From Clostridia bacterium (GTDB taxonomy: Bacteria; Bacillota; Clostridia; Oscillospirales; CAG-382), in NCBI GenBank assembly GCA_017625615.1, contig JAGAKP010000015.1, positions 15,146 to 79,145 on the forward strand: a stretch of 64,000 bases of DNA, written 5' to 3'. Below, one piece after another: positions 26,405 to 36,033 of the stretch; within the stretch, counting starts at the first letter, position 1, and the number at the start of each line of letters is the position of its first letter. The translations under genes were made by a program, and so were the position numbers. A model generated the notes under the pieces. The model was not told where the DNA came from. It saw only the letters and a program-made list of their open reading frames with translations, and did not search any database.

Positions 26405-27049
26405 ATGTCAGCATACTATTCTACTTTAATCTACGGCAACGAAAGCTTTGGCGGTTATATATCAGTAGACGGTGGCAGAGCAACGACTGTTGGGCACGAT
26501 TTAACTTATAAGCTCGATCCCGGTCCTCACAGATTTGAAATTTACTCGACTTCCAACGTCGAACGCGCTGCCGGAAAGTTTCAAGCATCTGTGTACAACA
26601 ACACGTCTTCCTCCGGAGCGTTATGGGATACGCTTGAACGAAACCAAGCCGTTAAAAACTTAGGTGATAAATGGATTATCGAAGCATTCGTGGAAGAAGG
26701 ACAGAGCATTGTAATAAGCATCCGTACAAGCGGCAGAAAAATAGTGGCAACACCTGCTTACGAAATCGTCGACTTTACCGAAGAGCAAATCGAAACACTC
26801 GAAACATATTACAAAGAAGAAGAGGAAAAAAGAATTGCCCAGTTAAACGCCCCCAGAAGAAGCAAGCCTAAAATTATTGTTGGTTGCATACTTACTGCAG
26901 CTTTTGGCATGCCTTTCTTATCTACATTGATGATGTTGGCAACCTCCGCTGAAAGTGCATCCGTAATTCCCGTGGCGGTGACCGGCATCGGTGCTCTTAT
27001 AGGAATCTTCTTGTTTATTTCCGGCATGAAAAAGAAAGTACGCAAATAA
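26405..27049 (+). CDS. Hypothetical tail-anchored membrane protein
   Basis: AAGGAG Shine-Dalgarno before ATG 26405. Beta-rich N-terminal domain, EEEEK linker, two C-terminal TM helices. Confidence 0.55.
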   Translation: MSAYYSTLIYGNESFGGYISVDGGRATTVGHDLTYKLDPGPHRFEIYSTSNVERAAGKFQASVYNNTSSSGALWDTLERNQAVKNLGDKWIIEAFVEEGQSIVISIRTSGRKIVATPAYEIVDFTEEQIETLETYYKEEEEKRIAQLNAPRRSKPKIIVGCILTAAFGMPFLSTLMMLATSAESASVIPVAVTGIGALIGIFLFISGMKKKVRK

Positions 27050-27186
27050 CAAAAGCAATTTAACACAAATTTGCGAGCAGCAAAAGCCTCACGCATATCT
27101 GCGCGAGGCTTTTTAGTATAGTCATAATGTTCGCGACGCCTTCGCGCACAAACAAAATTCGTCTTTAAAGAGGTTTGAAGAATGAT

Positions 27187-28890
27187 ATGAAAGAAAAGAA
27201 TATAATGCACATATTTCTTACGGTTTTTTTGACAATCGCTGTGGTTATTTTGGCTTCCGCTTTGTTTTTGCGTGGGTGCAAAAACAAAAGCAACACAAGC
27301 GACGATAACGTTTCTGTTAACACCGAAGCTTCAAGGGAAATAAGCCATACGGAAGCCTCAATGGGCGAAATCTCTAAGGTCACCGCGGATGACGTTTCAG
27401 CGGACATTTCAGAAGAAATATCCGATGATATTTTCGAGGACGTTTCCGAAACGGAAACCGGTGACCCCGTCGAGCACACCCACAATTATTCCGACGCTTG
27501 GTCTTTCAACGAAACCGACCACTGGAAAAAGTGTACTTGCGGGAACAAATCAGATACTGCGAACCACAGTTACGGAAATTGGATTACCACCAAAGAAGCC
27601 ACGGAAGAATCAGAAGGAAGCAAACATCGTACATGTACGGTTTGCGGATACAAAGAAACTGTCGCAATTCCCGTTCTTTCCCATTCCCACAAGTATTCGA
27701 ATGATTGGGCAGCGAACGCAACCTCTCATTGGAAAGAATGTAGCTGCGGCAACGAGTCCGATATGTCCGCACATACCTACGGTGAATGGGAAGTCGTTAC
27801 AAAAGCTACTTGTATAGCTTCGGGTGCTAAAAAGCATACGTGTTCCGCGTGCGGTTACAACGAAACTGAAACTATTCCCGAGACGCGACATAAGTACATT
27901 TCCATCGTAACGCCTCCTACCGATGTCGATGACGGATATACGACTCACACTTGTGAAAACTGCGGTAAAAGCTACACAGATTCATACGTCAAAGCCACAG
28001 GAGATTTTTCGGAAGGTTTATCGTATAGCGTGAATTCCGACGGTGTTACTTGCACCATTACCGGCATAGGCACATGTGAAGATACCAATTTAAAAATTCC
28101 GCCTAAAATTGACGGTTATAAAGTCACGGAAATAAAACAGCGTGCGTTCTTAGATTGCGAACAGATTGTTAGCGTGATTATTCCTAATAGCGTAATTACA
28201 ATTGATCGATACGCATTCGATAATTGCATCAATCTTTCTGCTGTAACTATTCCCAATAGTGTGCTTGCTATCAAATCTTATGCGTTCTACGGATGCACAA
28301 GTCTTGCGAAATTGAGTATTGGCAACGGTGTAAAAGAGATAGGAGCTAGCGCCTTTTACGAATGTACTAGCCTTACTACCATAATAATTCCGGACAGCGT
28401 GATTTCCATTGGCGGCAGCGCATTTGCCGAGTGTTCTCGTCTAGTAAACATAACCATAGGGGAAAACGTTACGAGCATAGGAACATTGGCGTTTTATAGA
28501 TGTACCTCTCTTGTCACTGTATCCATTCCCGACAGCGTAACCTATCTTGGAGATTGGGCATTTGGGAACTGTAATGGCCTCACAAGCGTTACTATAGGCA
28601 AAGGTGTAACCGATATACGCAATCAAATGTTTGAAAATTGTACAAATCTCACTTCTATAATCATTCCGGATGCAGTTACGTGCATTGGCGAAGAAGCGTT
28701 CCGTGGCTGCGAAAAACTCACCGAAATAACTATCGGCAAGGGTGTAACGAAAATCGGCATGAAAGCATTTACCGACTGCACCGACTTAACGAATGTATAC
28801 TATAGAGGTTCTGAAGCAGAATGGAAAAATATTTATATAGATTGGTATAACTCGTGTTTGACAAAAGCAACAATTCACTACAATAGTTGA
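27187..28890 (+). CDS. BspA-type leucine-rich-repeat surface protein with duplicated His/Cys-rich module
   Basis: N-terminal signal anchor. Two copies of H-x-Y-x3-W-x6-HWK-x-C-x-CG ... C-x2-CGY-x-ET. About 10 LRRs of the type IPxSVxxIGxxAFxxCxxL. Confidence 0.8.
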   Translation: MKEKNIMHIFLTVFLTIAVVILASALFLRGCKNKSNTSDDNVSVNTEASREISHTEASMGEISKVTADDVSADISEEISDDIFEDVSETETGDPVEHTHNYSDAWSFNETDHWKKCTCGNKSDTANHSYGNWITTKEATEESEGSKHRTCTVCGYKETVAIPVLSHSHKYSNDWAANATSHWKECSCGNESDMSAHTYGEWEVVTKATCIASGAKKHTCSACGYNETETIPETRHKYISIVTPPTDVDDGYTTHTCENCGKSYTDSYVKATGDFSEGLSYSVNSDGVTCTITGIGTCEDTNLKIPPKIDGYKVTEIKQRAFLDCEQIVSVIIPNSVITIDRYAFDNCINLSAVTIPNSVLAIKSYAFYGCTSLAKLSIGNGVKEIGASAFYECTSLTTIIIPDSVISIGGSAFAECSRLVNITIGENVTSIGTLAFYRCTSLVTVSIPDSVTYLGDWAFGNCNGLTSVTIGKGVTDIRNQMFENCTNLTSIIIPDAVTCIGEEAFRGCEKLTEITIGKGVTKIGMKAFTDCTDLTNVYYRGSEAEWKNIYIDWYNSCLTKATIHYNS

Positions 28891-28942
28891 GTTGTATAAC
28901 TCATTTACGCAAAACAAATTTAAACATATTTAGGAGAGCATC

Positions 28943-30025
28943 GTGAAAAGCAACAAGCTACATATCATTCTTACGGTTTTCTTGGCAGCAGCTGTAATAG
29001 TTTTGGCTTCCATTTTGTTTCTGCGTGGACGCGAAAATGAAACAGACGTAAGCCGCGGCGATGCTTCGGTTAATACCGAAGTTTCGAAAGAAAAGAGCAA
29101 TGCGGGGACATCAACAGGCGAAATATCTAAGGAGGTTTTTGAAGAGGTGTCCGTGCCGGAAACGAGCATTCCCGCAGAAGAAAGCGAATACTCAAACGAT
29201 AATACCGGAAACGACAGCAATCCGGAAACCGAAAACTCCTCGCAGGACAAGCCTGCGCCCGAGGAATCGGCAACGCCGGATAACACGCAAGAAGACGGTG
29301 GATTTACTTCAGAGGAAAGGTCGGCAGGAAACGCATTAGCAATGAGCTTTATAAACTCATATTTTTCTGAACATAAAACAAAAGCGCCGGAAGGCGGAAC
29401 TGTTTCCTTTAGCGGTAACGACATTCTTGATTTTTACAACGAAGCGTATTTGTTGGCGTACGACATATATCACGATCAATGCGTCTCGTATATAGCAGAA
29501 ATAATCGGACTCGATGGCATTGTAAAATACAAAGATATAGGTTCAGGGACCATACTTGTGGAAGCCGAATCTTATCATAGATTAAAAGGTGACGGAGAAG
29601 ATGTGTTACGCGCTATATGTGACTACTATCTTGCTCATTATACACACTCAATAGCATATGAGTTAATACCAAAAGATTGGGTTTTGCACAACGGAAAACT
29701 TTATGATTACTCTTTTCCCGCTATGGGTTTTGGACGAAGCAGATATGAAGAGCATTATACCGTAACAGAATCCGAAAACGGGTATATTATACAGGTAGAG
29801 TTCACTATTCCTGAAGGGCACTATTTCTACGGTGACTCTATGTGCTGTGAATATCCATATAACGGAACCAAAAACTTAGAACTATCTCCGGGACATCACA
29901 CATTTACGTATTCATTAGTAAAAGAAAATGGAATATGGGTGTTTGATGACTATATAGCACACGTTATGGAGAACCACGAAGACCCAAACTATTGGGAATT
30001 CACATATCAAAGCACTGATTATTAA
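28943..30025 (+). CDS. Hypothetical signal-anchored protein, N-terminus paralogous to the 27187 protein
   Basis: GTG start after AGGAG. HIILTVFLAAAVIVLASILFLRGR compares with HIFLTVFLTIAVVILASALFLRGC. Confidence 0.6.
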   Translation: MKSNKLHIILTVFLAAAVIVLASILFLRGRENETDVSRGDASVNTEVSKEKSNAGTSTGEISKEVFEEVSVPETSIPAEESEYSNDNTGNDSNPETENSSQDKPAPEESATPDNTQEDGGFTSEERSAGNALAMSFINSYFSEHKTKAPEGGTVSFSGNDILDFYNEAYLLAYDIYHDQCVSYIAEIIGLDGIVKYKDIGSGTILVEAESYHRLKGDGEDVLRAICDYYLAHYTHSIAYELIPKDWVLHNGKLYDYSFPAMGFGRSRYEEHYTVTESENGYIIQVEFTIPEGHYFYGDSMCCEYPYNGTKNLELSPGHHTFTYSLVKENGIWVFDDYIAHVMENHEDPNYWEFTYQSTDY

Positions 30026-30054
30026 TTGATGAAACTTAATATATAATTTTTAAA

Positions 30055-30074
30055 GGCTCTGCGTGTGCAGAGCC
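30055..30074. terminator. Terminator hairpin, GGCTCTGC family
   Basis: AAA-GGCTCTGC-gtgt-GCAGAGCC-TTT between convergent genes. Confidence 0.7.
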
Positions 30075-30095
30075 TTTATTATTTCGGGATGTTTT

Positions 30096-32708
30096 TTATT
30101 TATGACGCTTGAATGCACCCAAAGCCTTTGCAATTTCCATAACCACGAAGGGTACGAGAATGAGTCCGAGGGCGATGAGATACAGATCCCAAGTGAGATA
30201 AGTGAGACCGAATACCACGGAAACGGGGGTGAACAGCACTATTGCCATAAGAACGGTAGCGATAGCTGCCGCCTGATTAAGGGTCTTGTTGGTGAATATA
30301 CCGATCTTGAACAGCGAGTGTTCGGAGCGCATATTGTACGCCTGAACGATCTGGGAGAAGGCAAGAACCATAAACGCCATTGTCTGACCTGCGGTTTCGC
30401 CGCCTGCGTTAAGACCGATAGCGTACGCCGCAAGAGCAAGTCCGCCGAACATTATACCCTGAAGGACGATACGCACGCCGTAGCCGTGGGCAAACAGACC
30501 TTCGGTTTTGGGTCTGGGGGGAACGTCCATAATATCCTTTTCCGTAGGCTCCATACCCAAAGCGATGGCGGGAAGTCCGTCGGTAATAAGGTTTATCCAG
30601 AGAAGCTGCATAGACATAAAGGGAGATCTATGCCATATAAGCATTGCCGTAAAGACGGAGACCACCTCGCCGAAGTTGGTGCCCAAAAGGAAGCCCACGA
30701 CCTTTTTGATATTGGTGTATATGCCTCTGCCTTCCTTTACCGCATCGACGATGGTGGCAAAGTTATCGTCGGAAAGGGTCATATCCGATGCGCCCTTGGC
30801 AACGTCGGTGCCCGTAATGCCCATAGCACAGCCGATATCTGCGGCTTTGAGCGCGGGAGCGTCGTTTACGCCGTCGCCGGTCATGGAAACAACGTGTCCC
30901 TTCTTTTGCCAAGCCTTTACAATGCGTATTTTGTTTTCGGGAGAAACGCGTGCGTATACGGAAATATCCTCAACGCAGGAGTCCAATTCTGCTTCGGACA
31001 TAGCGTCCAATTCCGTTCCCGTGATAGCGCGCTGTCCGGGACGGAGTATGCCAAGCTCGCGGGCGATGGCGGAGGCGGTGATAATATGGTCGCCCGTGAT
31101 CATAACGGGACGTATGCCTGCGCGGAGGCAGGTCGCCACAGCCGCCTTTGCTTCGGGACGGGGCGGGTCGATCATACCGAGAATACCCATAAAGGTAAGT
31201 CCGTTTTCAAGGGCTTCGGAGGTGATCTCCTCGGGGAGAACATCTATAACCTTATAGCCCACCGCAAGAACGCGGAGAGCGTCCTCACTGAGAGCTTCGG
31301 TAAAGCGTTTTGCCTCGTCAAGGTTGCCTGCAACACAGCGGGAAGCCATAACGTCAAAGGCGCCCTTTACGATAACCGTTAATTTTCCGTCGATATTATT
31401 TACGGAGGTCATCAGCTTTCGGTCGGAATCGAAGGGAATGGTAGCCACGCGGGGGTAAGCGGTGTTAAGCTCGCCCTTGGACATACCGTTGTTGTGCGCC
31501 GCAAGAACTATAGAGGTCTCCGTAGGGTCGCCGATATGGGTGACCTTTTCAGCCTCGATAAGGACGGAGCCGTCGGAGCAAAGGGTTGCGTAGGCGAGAA
31601 GCTTTTTCATCTGCTCCGAATTATCGCTCGTGATATCCTCGCTGTCTTTTTCGCCCTCAACCCAGCCCTTTACGAGAGTCATACGGTTTTGGGTGAGAGT
31701 ACCCGTTTTATCCGAGCAGATGATGGAGGCACCGCCGAGGGTTTCTACTGCGGGAAGACGGCGGATAACCGCGTTTTTCTTTGCAAGACGCTGTACGCCG
31801 ATGGAAAGAACGATGGTAACTATAGCGGGCAGACCCTCGGGTATGGCAGATACCGCAAGGGAGACTGCTGTCATAAATATTTCAAGTGCGTTAAGGTCGT
31901 TCAAAAGACCTACCACGAATATAACGGCGCAGATACCCAAAGCGAGAACGCCCAGATATTTGCCTAATTTTGCCAGCTTTTTCTGCAAGGGCGTCTGTCC
32001 GTCCTCTTCGCCTGTGAGAAGAGCGGCGATCTTGCCCATTTCGGTGCTCATACCGATATCCGTAACCACCGCGGTGGCGGTACCGTAGGTAATGCTGCAG
32101 CCCGAATATACCATATTGCTGCGGTCGCCGATAGGTGCGTCCTCGTCAACTACGGCAAGGGCGTCCTTTTCGGAGGGGACGGATTCACCGGTCAGCGCGC
32201 TTTCCTCGCTTTTGAGAGATGCGCTGTATATAAGGCGCGCGTCTGCGGGAACGAAATCTCCTGCCTCCAGCTTGATGATATCGCCGGGAACCAGCGCAGA
32301 AGCCATAACTATATGCTCCTCACCGTCGCGGATGACGCGGGAATGGGGGGCGGACATACTCTTTAAGGCTTCAAGGGCTTTTTCCGCCTTGCTCTCCTGA
32401 ATAACGCCCATTATGGCGTTTACAACTACGATTATGAGTATAAGGGCAGGCTCAAAAAATCCCTTTGCCTCACCCTCAAGTATTGCAACGACGAAGGAAA
32501 CTGCCGCCGCGGCAAGGAGAATGAGTATCATAACGTCCTTGAACTGGTCAAGAAATTTTAAAAACATACCCTTTTTCTTTTTGCCCTTAAGCATATTTGC
32601 GCCGTATCTGGCTTGACGGGAAGCCACCTCTGCGGTGGTAAGTCCCGCACTCGCGTCGGTCTGTAAGGTTTCTATGACCGAATTTACGTCTTTATTATAG
32701 TATTCCAT
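30096..32708 (-). CDS. Calcium-translocating P-type ATPase (PMCA/SERCA type)
   Basis: TGES, ICSDKTGTLT and MTGDGVNDAPALK motifs with 10 predicted TM helices. Confidence 0.9.
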   Translation of the reverse strand: MEYYNKDVNSVIETLQTDASAGLTTAEVASRQARYGANMLKGKKKKGMFLKFLDQFKDVMILILLAAAAVSFVVAILEGEAKGFFEPALILIIVVVNAIMGVIQESKAEKALEALKSMSAPHSRVIRDGEEHIVMASALVPGDIIKLEAGDFVPADARLIYSASLKSEESALTGESVPSEKDALAVVDEDAPIGDRSNMVYSGCSITYGTATAVVTDIGMSTEMGKIAALLTGEEDGQTPLQKKLAKLGKYLGVLALGICAVIFVVGLLNDLNALEIFMTAVSLAVSAIPEGLPAIVTIVLSIGVQRLAKKNAVIRRLPAVETLGGASIICSDKTGTLTQNRMTLVKGWVEGEKDSEDITSDNSEQMKKLLAYATLCSDGSVLIEAEKVTHIGDPTETSIVLAAHNNGMSKGELNTAYPRVATIPFDSDRKLMTSVNNIDGKLTVIVKGAFDVMASRCVAGNLDEAKRFTEALSEDALRVLAVGYKVIDVLPEEITSEALENGLTFMGILGMIDPPRPEAKAAVATCLRAGIRPVMITGDHIITASAIARELGILRPGQRAITGTELDAMSEAELDSCVEDISVYARVSPENKIRIVKAWQKKGHVVSMTGDGVNDAPALKAADIGCAMGITGTDVAKGASDMTLSDDNFATIVDAVKEGRGIYTNIKKVVGFLLGTNFGEVVSVFTAMLIWHRSPFMSMQLLWINLITDGLPAIALGMEPTEKDIMDVPPRPKTEGLFAHGYGVRIVLQGIMFGGLALAAYAIGLNAGGETAGQTMAFMVLAFSQIVQAYNMRSEHSLFKIGIFTNKTLNQAAAIATVLMAIVLFTPVSVVFGLTYLTWDLYLIALGLILVPFVVMEIAKALGAFKRHK

Positions 32709-32746
32709 TTTTCCTCCTTAAGTAAAAAAGCCGATCGTACTCTATA

Positions 32747-33793
32747 TTATTGCTTGATATTGGGGAAAATTACCTCGAACCGACATCCGCCGAGGGAAAG
32801 ATTTTCCGCCGTGACGGTGCCGCCCGCAAGGTCGGTTATACGCTTTACCAAGGCAAGTCCCAAGCCGTTGCCCTCTCCCTTGTGGGAGGTCTCGCTTTGG
32901 TAAAATTTATCGAATATATGCTTTTTGGCGTTTTCGTCTATACCCGCGCCTTGGTCGGACACGGAAAAGACCACGTTTCCGTCCTTTTCGTAAAGGCGCA
33001 CGCGCACCTCGCCGCCCTCGGGGCTGAATTTAATGGCATTATCCAGAAGATTGGTCCATATATGGAGCATAAGGCTTTCGTTGCCGTAGTAATCCACCGT
33101 ATCAAGCTCAACGTCAAAAAGAATGTTTTTCTTTTCCCACTTGGGCTCAAGGTACAGTATGGCGCGGCGTATCTGCTCGTCAAGGCTGTAGGTTGCGCGG
33201 CTTGAGGGAATTGCCTGATTATCCACCTTGGAAAGAAGCAGTATGTTTCCCACAAGGTCGGAAAGGCGCTTGGTGTTAAGCAGTATTTTTTCTACGTATT
33301 CCCTTTCCTCTTCCTCGGAAAGCGTCTCGTCCTGCAAAAGAGTGGCGTAGCCCTCGATGGCGTTAATGGGAGTTTTAAATTCGTGGGAAACGTTGGAAAC
33401 GAAATCCGTCTGCAGTATTTCGGTGGCGGAAAGCTCCTCCGTCATAATATTGAAGCTTTCGTACATTTCCTGTATTTCGCGTATACGGCTGGTGGTGGTG
33501 ACCTTCTTTTTAAGGTTGCCCGAAGCAACCTCGCGCATATTTTTGCTTAATTCGGGTATCTGTGAAAGGAGCCAGCGGTTTAAAAGAAAGGCGCACACGC
33601 TTCCGATACCGCCCGAAAGGACCAATACCCACAAAAGAGGCGAAATATCAAGGTTTATATGGTAGTTTTCAAGCAGAAAGGACACCAGCACCGCCAAGGC
33701 GACGGTGGTGATTATTTCGATAATAACTACCAGCGACAGGTAAAACTGTAAGCCGAAATAGGATCTCAGCCTCTCGCCGTCTATTTTCTTCAT
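32747..33793 (-). CDS. Sensor histidine kinase
   Basis: Two TM helices, a HAMP region, H-box SHEFKTPINAIEGY, then N/G1/G2 boxes (DQGAGI, GLGLAL). Confidence 0.9.
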   Translation of the reverse strand: MKKIDGERLRSYFGLQFYLSLVVIIEIITTVALAVLVSFLLENYHINLDISPLLWVLVLSGGIGSVCAFLLNRWLLSQIPELSKNMREVASGNLKKKVTTTSRIREIQEMYESFNIMTEELSATEILQTDFVSNVSHEFKTPINAIEGYATLLQDETLSEEEEREYVEKILLNTKRLSDLVGNILLLSKVDNQAIPSSRATYSLDEQIRRAILYLEPKWEKKNILFDVELDTVDYYGNESLMLHIWTNLLDNAIKFSPEGGEVRVRLYEKDGNVVFSVSDQGAGIDENAKKHIFDKFYQSETSHKGEGNGLGLALVKRITDLAGGTVTAENLSLGGCRFEVIFPNIKQ

Positions 33794-34461
33794 TCTCTTA
33801 CCACCTTATACCCTACTCCGCGCATGGTTACGATACGGAAATCCTTGTTTTCACGGAAGCGGTCGCGAAGTCTGCCGATATGGACGTCCACCGTGTGGGA
33901 ATCCGAATCAGATTCGTAGCCCCATATATCGTCCATAAGCTGTTGGCGGGTAAATATTCTGCCGGGGAAGGACGCCATTTTGTACAGCAGCATAAACTCC
34001 TTCTGAGGAAGCACCTGCGCTCCCTCCTCTGTGGTGACGGTGAGGGAATCGCACTCCAGCACCGTATCGCCGATAACCAGACGGCGGTCGTTTATCATTT
34101 GCGCGCGGCGGAGAAGTGCGCCTACGCGAAGTACCATTTCGTTTACGTTGACGGGCTTGATCATATAATCGTCACTGCCCGAAAGGAAGCCGAGGCGCAT
34201 ATCGTCAAAGGCGTCCTTTGCGGTTATCATCATTACGGGGGTGGTATAGCCCGCGTCGCGAAGGGAGCGGACGAGCTCGTATCCGTCCACGTTGGGCATC
34301 ATAATATCGGATATGATAAGGTCAAAATACTCTTTTTCCATAGCGTCAAGGGCTTCTTTTCCGTCGGCAACGCCCTTTACGGCATATCCGTTTTTTATGA
34401 GCACGTGTGAAAAAAGTCGGTTAAGCTCTCTGTCGTCCTCTGCAATGAGAATTTTTAACAT
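33790..34461 (-). CDS. OmpR-family response regulator
   Basis: MLKILIAEDD ... ISDIMMPNVDGYEL receiver followed by a winged helix (RGVGYKV). AGGAG precedes ATG 34461. The ORF-track extension to 34614 is rejected. Confidence 0.9.
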   Translation of the reverse strand: MLKILIAEDDRELNRLFSHVLIKNGYAVKGVADGKEALDAMEKEYFDLIISDIMMPNVDGYELVRSLRDAGYTTPVMMITAKDAFDDMRLGFLSGSDDYMIKPVNVNEMVLRVGALLRRAQMINDRRLVIGDTVLECDSLTVTTEEGAQVLPQKEFMLLYKMASFPGRIFTRQQLMDDIWGYESDSDSHTVDVHIGRLRDRFRENKDFRIVTMRGVGYKVVRE

Positions 34462-34560
34462 ACGGGTTCTCCTATTTTTATACGGGTTACAATGATATAT
34501 GCTACCGCAGGAAAATAAAGTAAAATTCAACCGAAAATCAACTATAATTGAACAGTTAGT

Positions 34561-34589
34561 ATTATAACCGCCATATAACAAAATGTCAA
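34561..34589 (-). promoter_or_regulatory. Sigma-A promoter of the response regulator / kinase / ATPase operon
   Basis: TTGACA-17 nt-TATAAT on the minus strand, giving a leader of about 90 nt. Confidence 0.6.
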
Positions 34590-34658
34590 TAGGGAGGCAA
34601 AAACACAAAAACAAATAAAAATCCGCGTATTTTCTCTTTTTTATTATGTATTTTGCCG

Positions 34659-34687
34659 TTGAAAAACCGAGCGCGAAGGAGTATAAT
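34659..34687 (+). promoter_or_regulatory. Sigma-A promoter of the antiporter gene
   Basis: TTGAAA-17 nt-TATAAT. Confidence 0.55.
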
Positions 34688-34723
34688 TATTTGGTTTGAA
34701 AATATATGAAAAGAGTGTAAAAA

Positions 34724-36016
34724 ATGATAGTTTTATTTGAAATAGCTGTGGCTCTTTTTGCAGGACTTTTAATGTCCCGTCCCGCAAAGAAGCTCGGTCT
34801 TCCCGCTGTAACGGGATATCTTATAGCAGGTCTGCTTATCGGTCCCTTCGTGCTTGGTCAGCTGGGCATTGAGGGCTTGGGCTTTACTACGAGCGAGCAC
34901 GTTGAGGCACTCGGCGTTATATCCGACGTGGCTCTCGGCTTTATCGCCTTTGCAATCGGTAACGAATTCCGTGTTTCCCAGCTTAAGAAGATAGGCAAGC
35001 AGGCTACGGTCATTGCGATTTTTCAGGCAATAGTTGCCACTATTTTCGTTGACGCGGCTCTTATCGGTCTTCACTTCCTTATGCCCGATAAGCTCTCCAT
35101 CTCAACGGCAATAACCCTCGGCGCAATCGCAACCGCTACCGCTCCCGCCGCAACACTGATGGTTGTTAACCAGTACAAGGCAAAGGGTAAGCTTACCGAC
35201 ATACTGCTCCCCATAGTTGCGTTGGACGACGCTGTGGGACTTATAGTTTTCGCAGTATCCTTCGGTATCGCAAAGGCGCTCAGCTCCGGTGCGTCCCTTT
35301 CCATCTTTACCGTTGCCGTTAATCCCCTTATCGAGATAATCGGTTCTCTGCTTCTCGGCTCCTTGATCGGCGTTATATTCAACTTCTCCGAAAAGTTCTT
35401 CTTCTCCCGTTCAAAGCGTATGTGTATTTCCATCACCTACGTTTTCCTTGCGGTTGCAATATCCAAGCTTCATTTTGCCATCCCCGGCACCGAGCTTGAA
35501 ATAGGCTTCTCTCCCCTTCTTGTATGTATGATGCTGGGCACCATATTCTGCAATCTGTGCGAATTTTCCGAGGAGCTTATGGCTAAGGTTGACAGATGGA
35601 CCGCTCCCCTCTTCGTGCTGTTCTTCGTAATCTCCGGCGCAGAGCTTGATCTGAGCGTGTTCACCGATTGGGCAGTCATCGTCATCGGCGTGGTATACAT
35701 CATCTTCAGAAGCGCGGGCAAAATATCCGGCGCAAATATAAGCTCCAAATTTATGAAGTGCGATCCTTCCATTCAGAAGTATCTGGGCATAACCCTTCTC
35801 CCTCAGGCGGGCGTTGCTTTGGGAATGTCCGTTACCGTTGCCGCTGAATTGGGCGCAGACGGTGCGATCATAAGAAATATAGTTCTCTTTGCGGTTCTCG
35901 TGTACGAGCTCCTCGGTCCTCTTATGACGAAGATAGCTCTTACCAAGGCAGGCGATATAAAGCCCAAAGAATTGCAGCCTGTAAAACACGACAAAAACGA
36001 AAAACCGGTCTGGTGA
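34724..36016 (+). CDS. Cation:proton antiporter (CPA2 / Na-H exchanger family)
   Basis: 430 aa with 12-13 TM helices and an N-terminal LGLPAVTGYLIAGLLIGP motif. Confidence 0.85.
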   Translation: MIVLFEIAVALFAGLLMSRPAKKLGLPAVTGYLIAGLLIGPFVLGQLGIEGLGFTTSEHVEALGVISDVALGFIAFAIGNEFRVSQLKKIGKQATVIAIFQAIVATIFVDAALIGLHFLMPDKLSISTAITLGAIATATAPAATLMVVNQYKAKGKLTDILLPIVALDDAVGLIVFAVSFGIAKALSSGASLSIFTVAVNPLIEIIGSLLLGSLIGVIFNFSEKFFFSRSKRMCISITYVFLAVAISKLHFAIPGTELEIGFSPLLVCMMLGTIFCNLCEFSEELMAKVDRWTAPLFVLFFVISGAELDLSVFTDWAVIVIGVVYIIFRSAGKISGANISSKFMKCDPSIQKYLGITLLPQAGVALGMSVTVAAELGADGAIIRNIVLFAVLVYELLGPLMTKIALTKAGDIKPKELQPVKHDKNEKPVW

Positions 36017-36033
36017 TGGGAACTGTCTAAACT

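Noticed and set aside
21358-30025. Interpreting the AT-rich stretches as a prophage, ICE or transposon
   Set aside because: No integrase, recombinase, transposase, replication or phage structural genes are visible. Only compositional deviation and flanking hairpin repeats support foreign origin.
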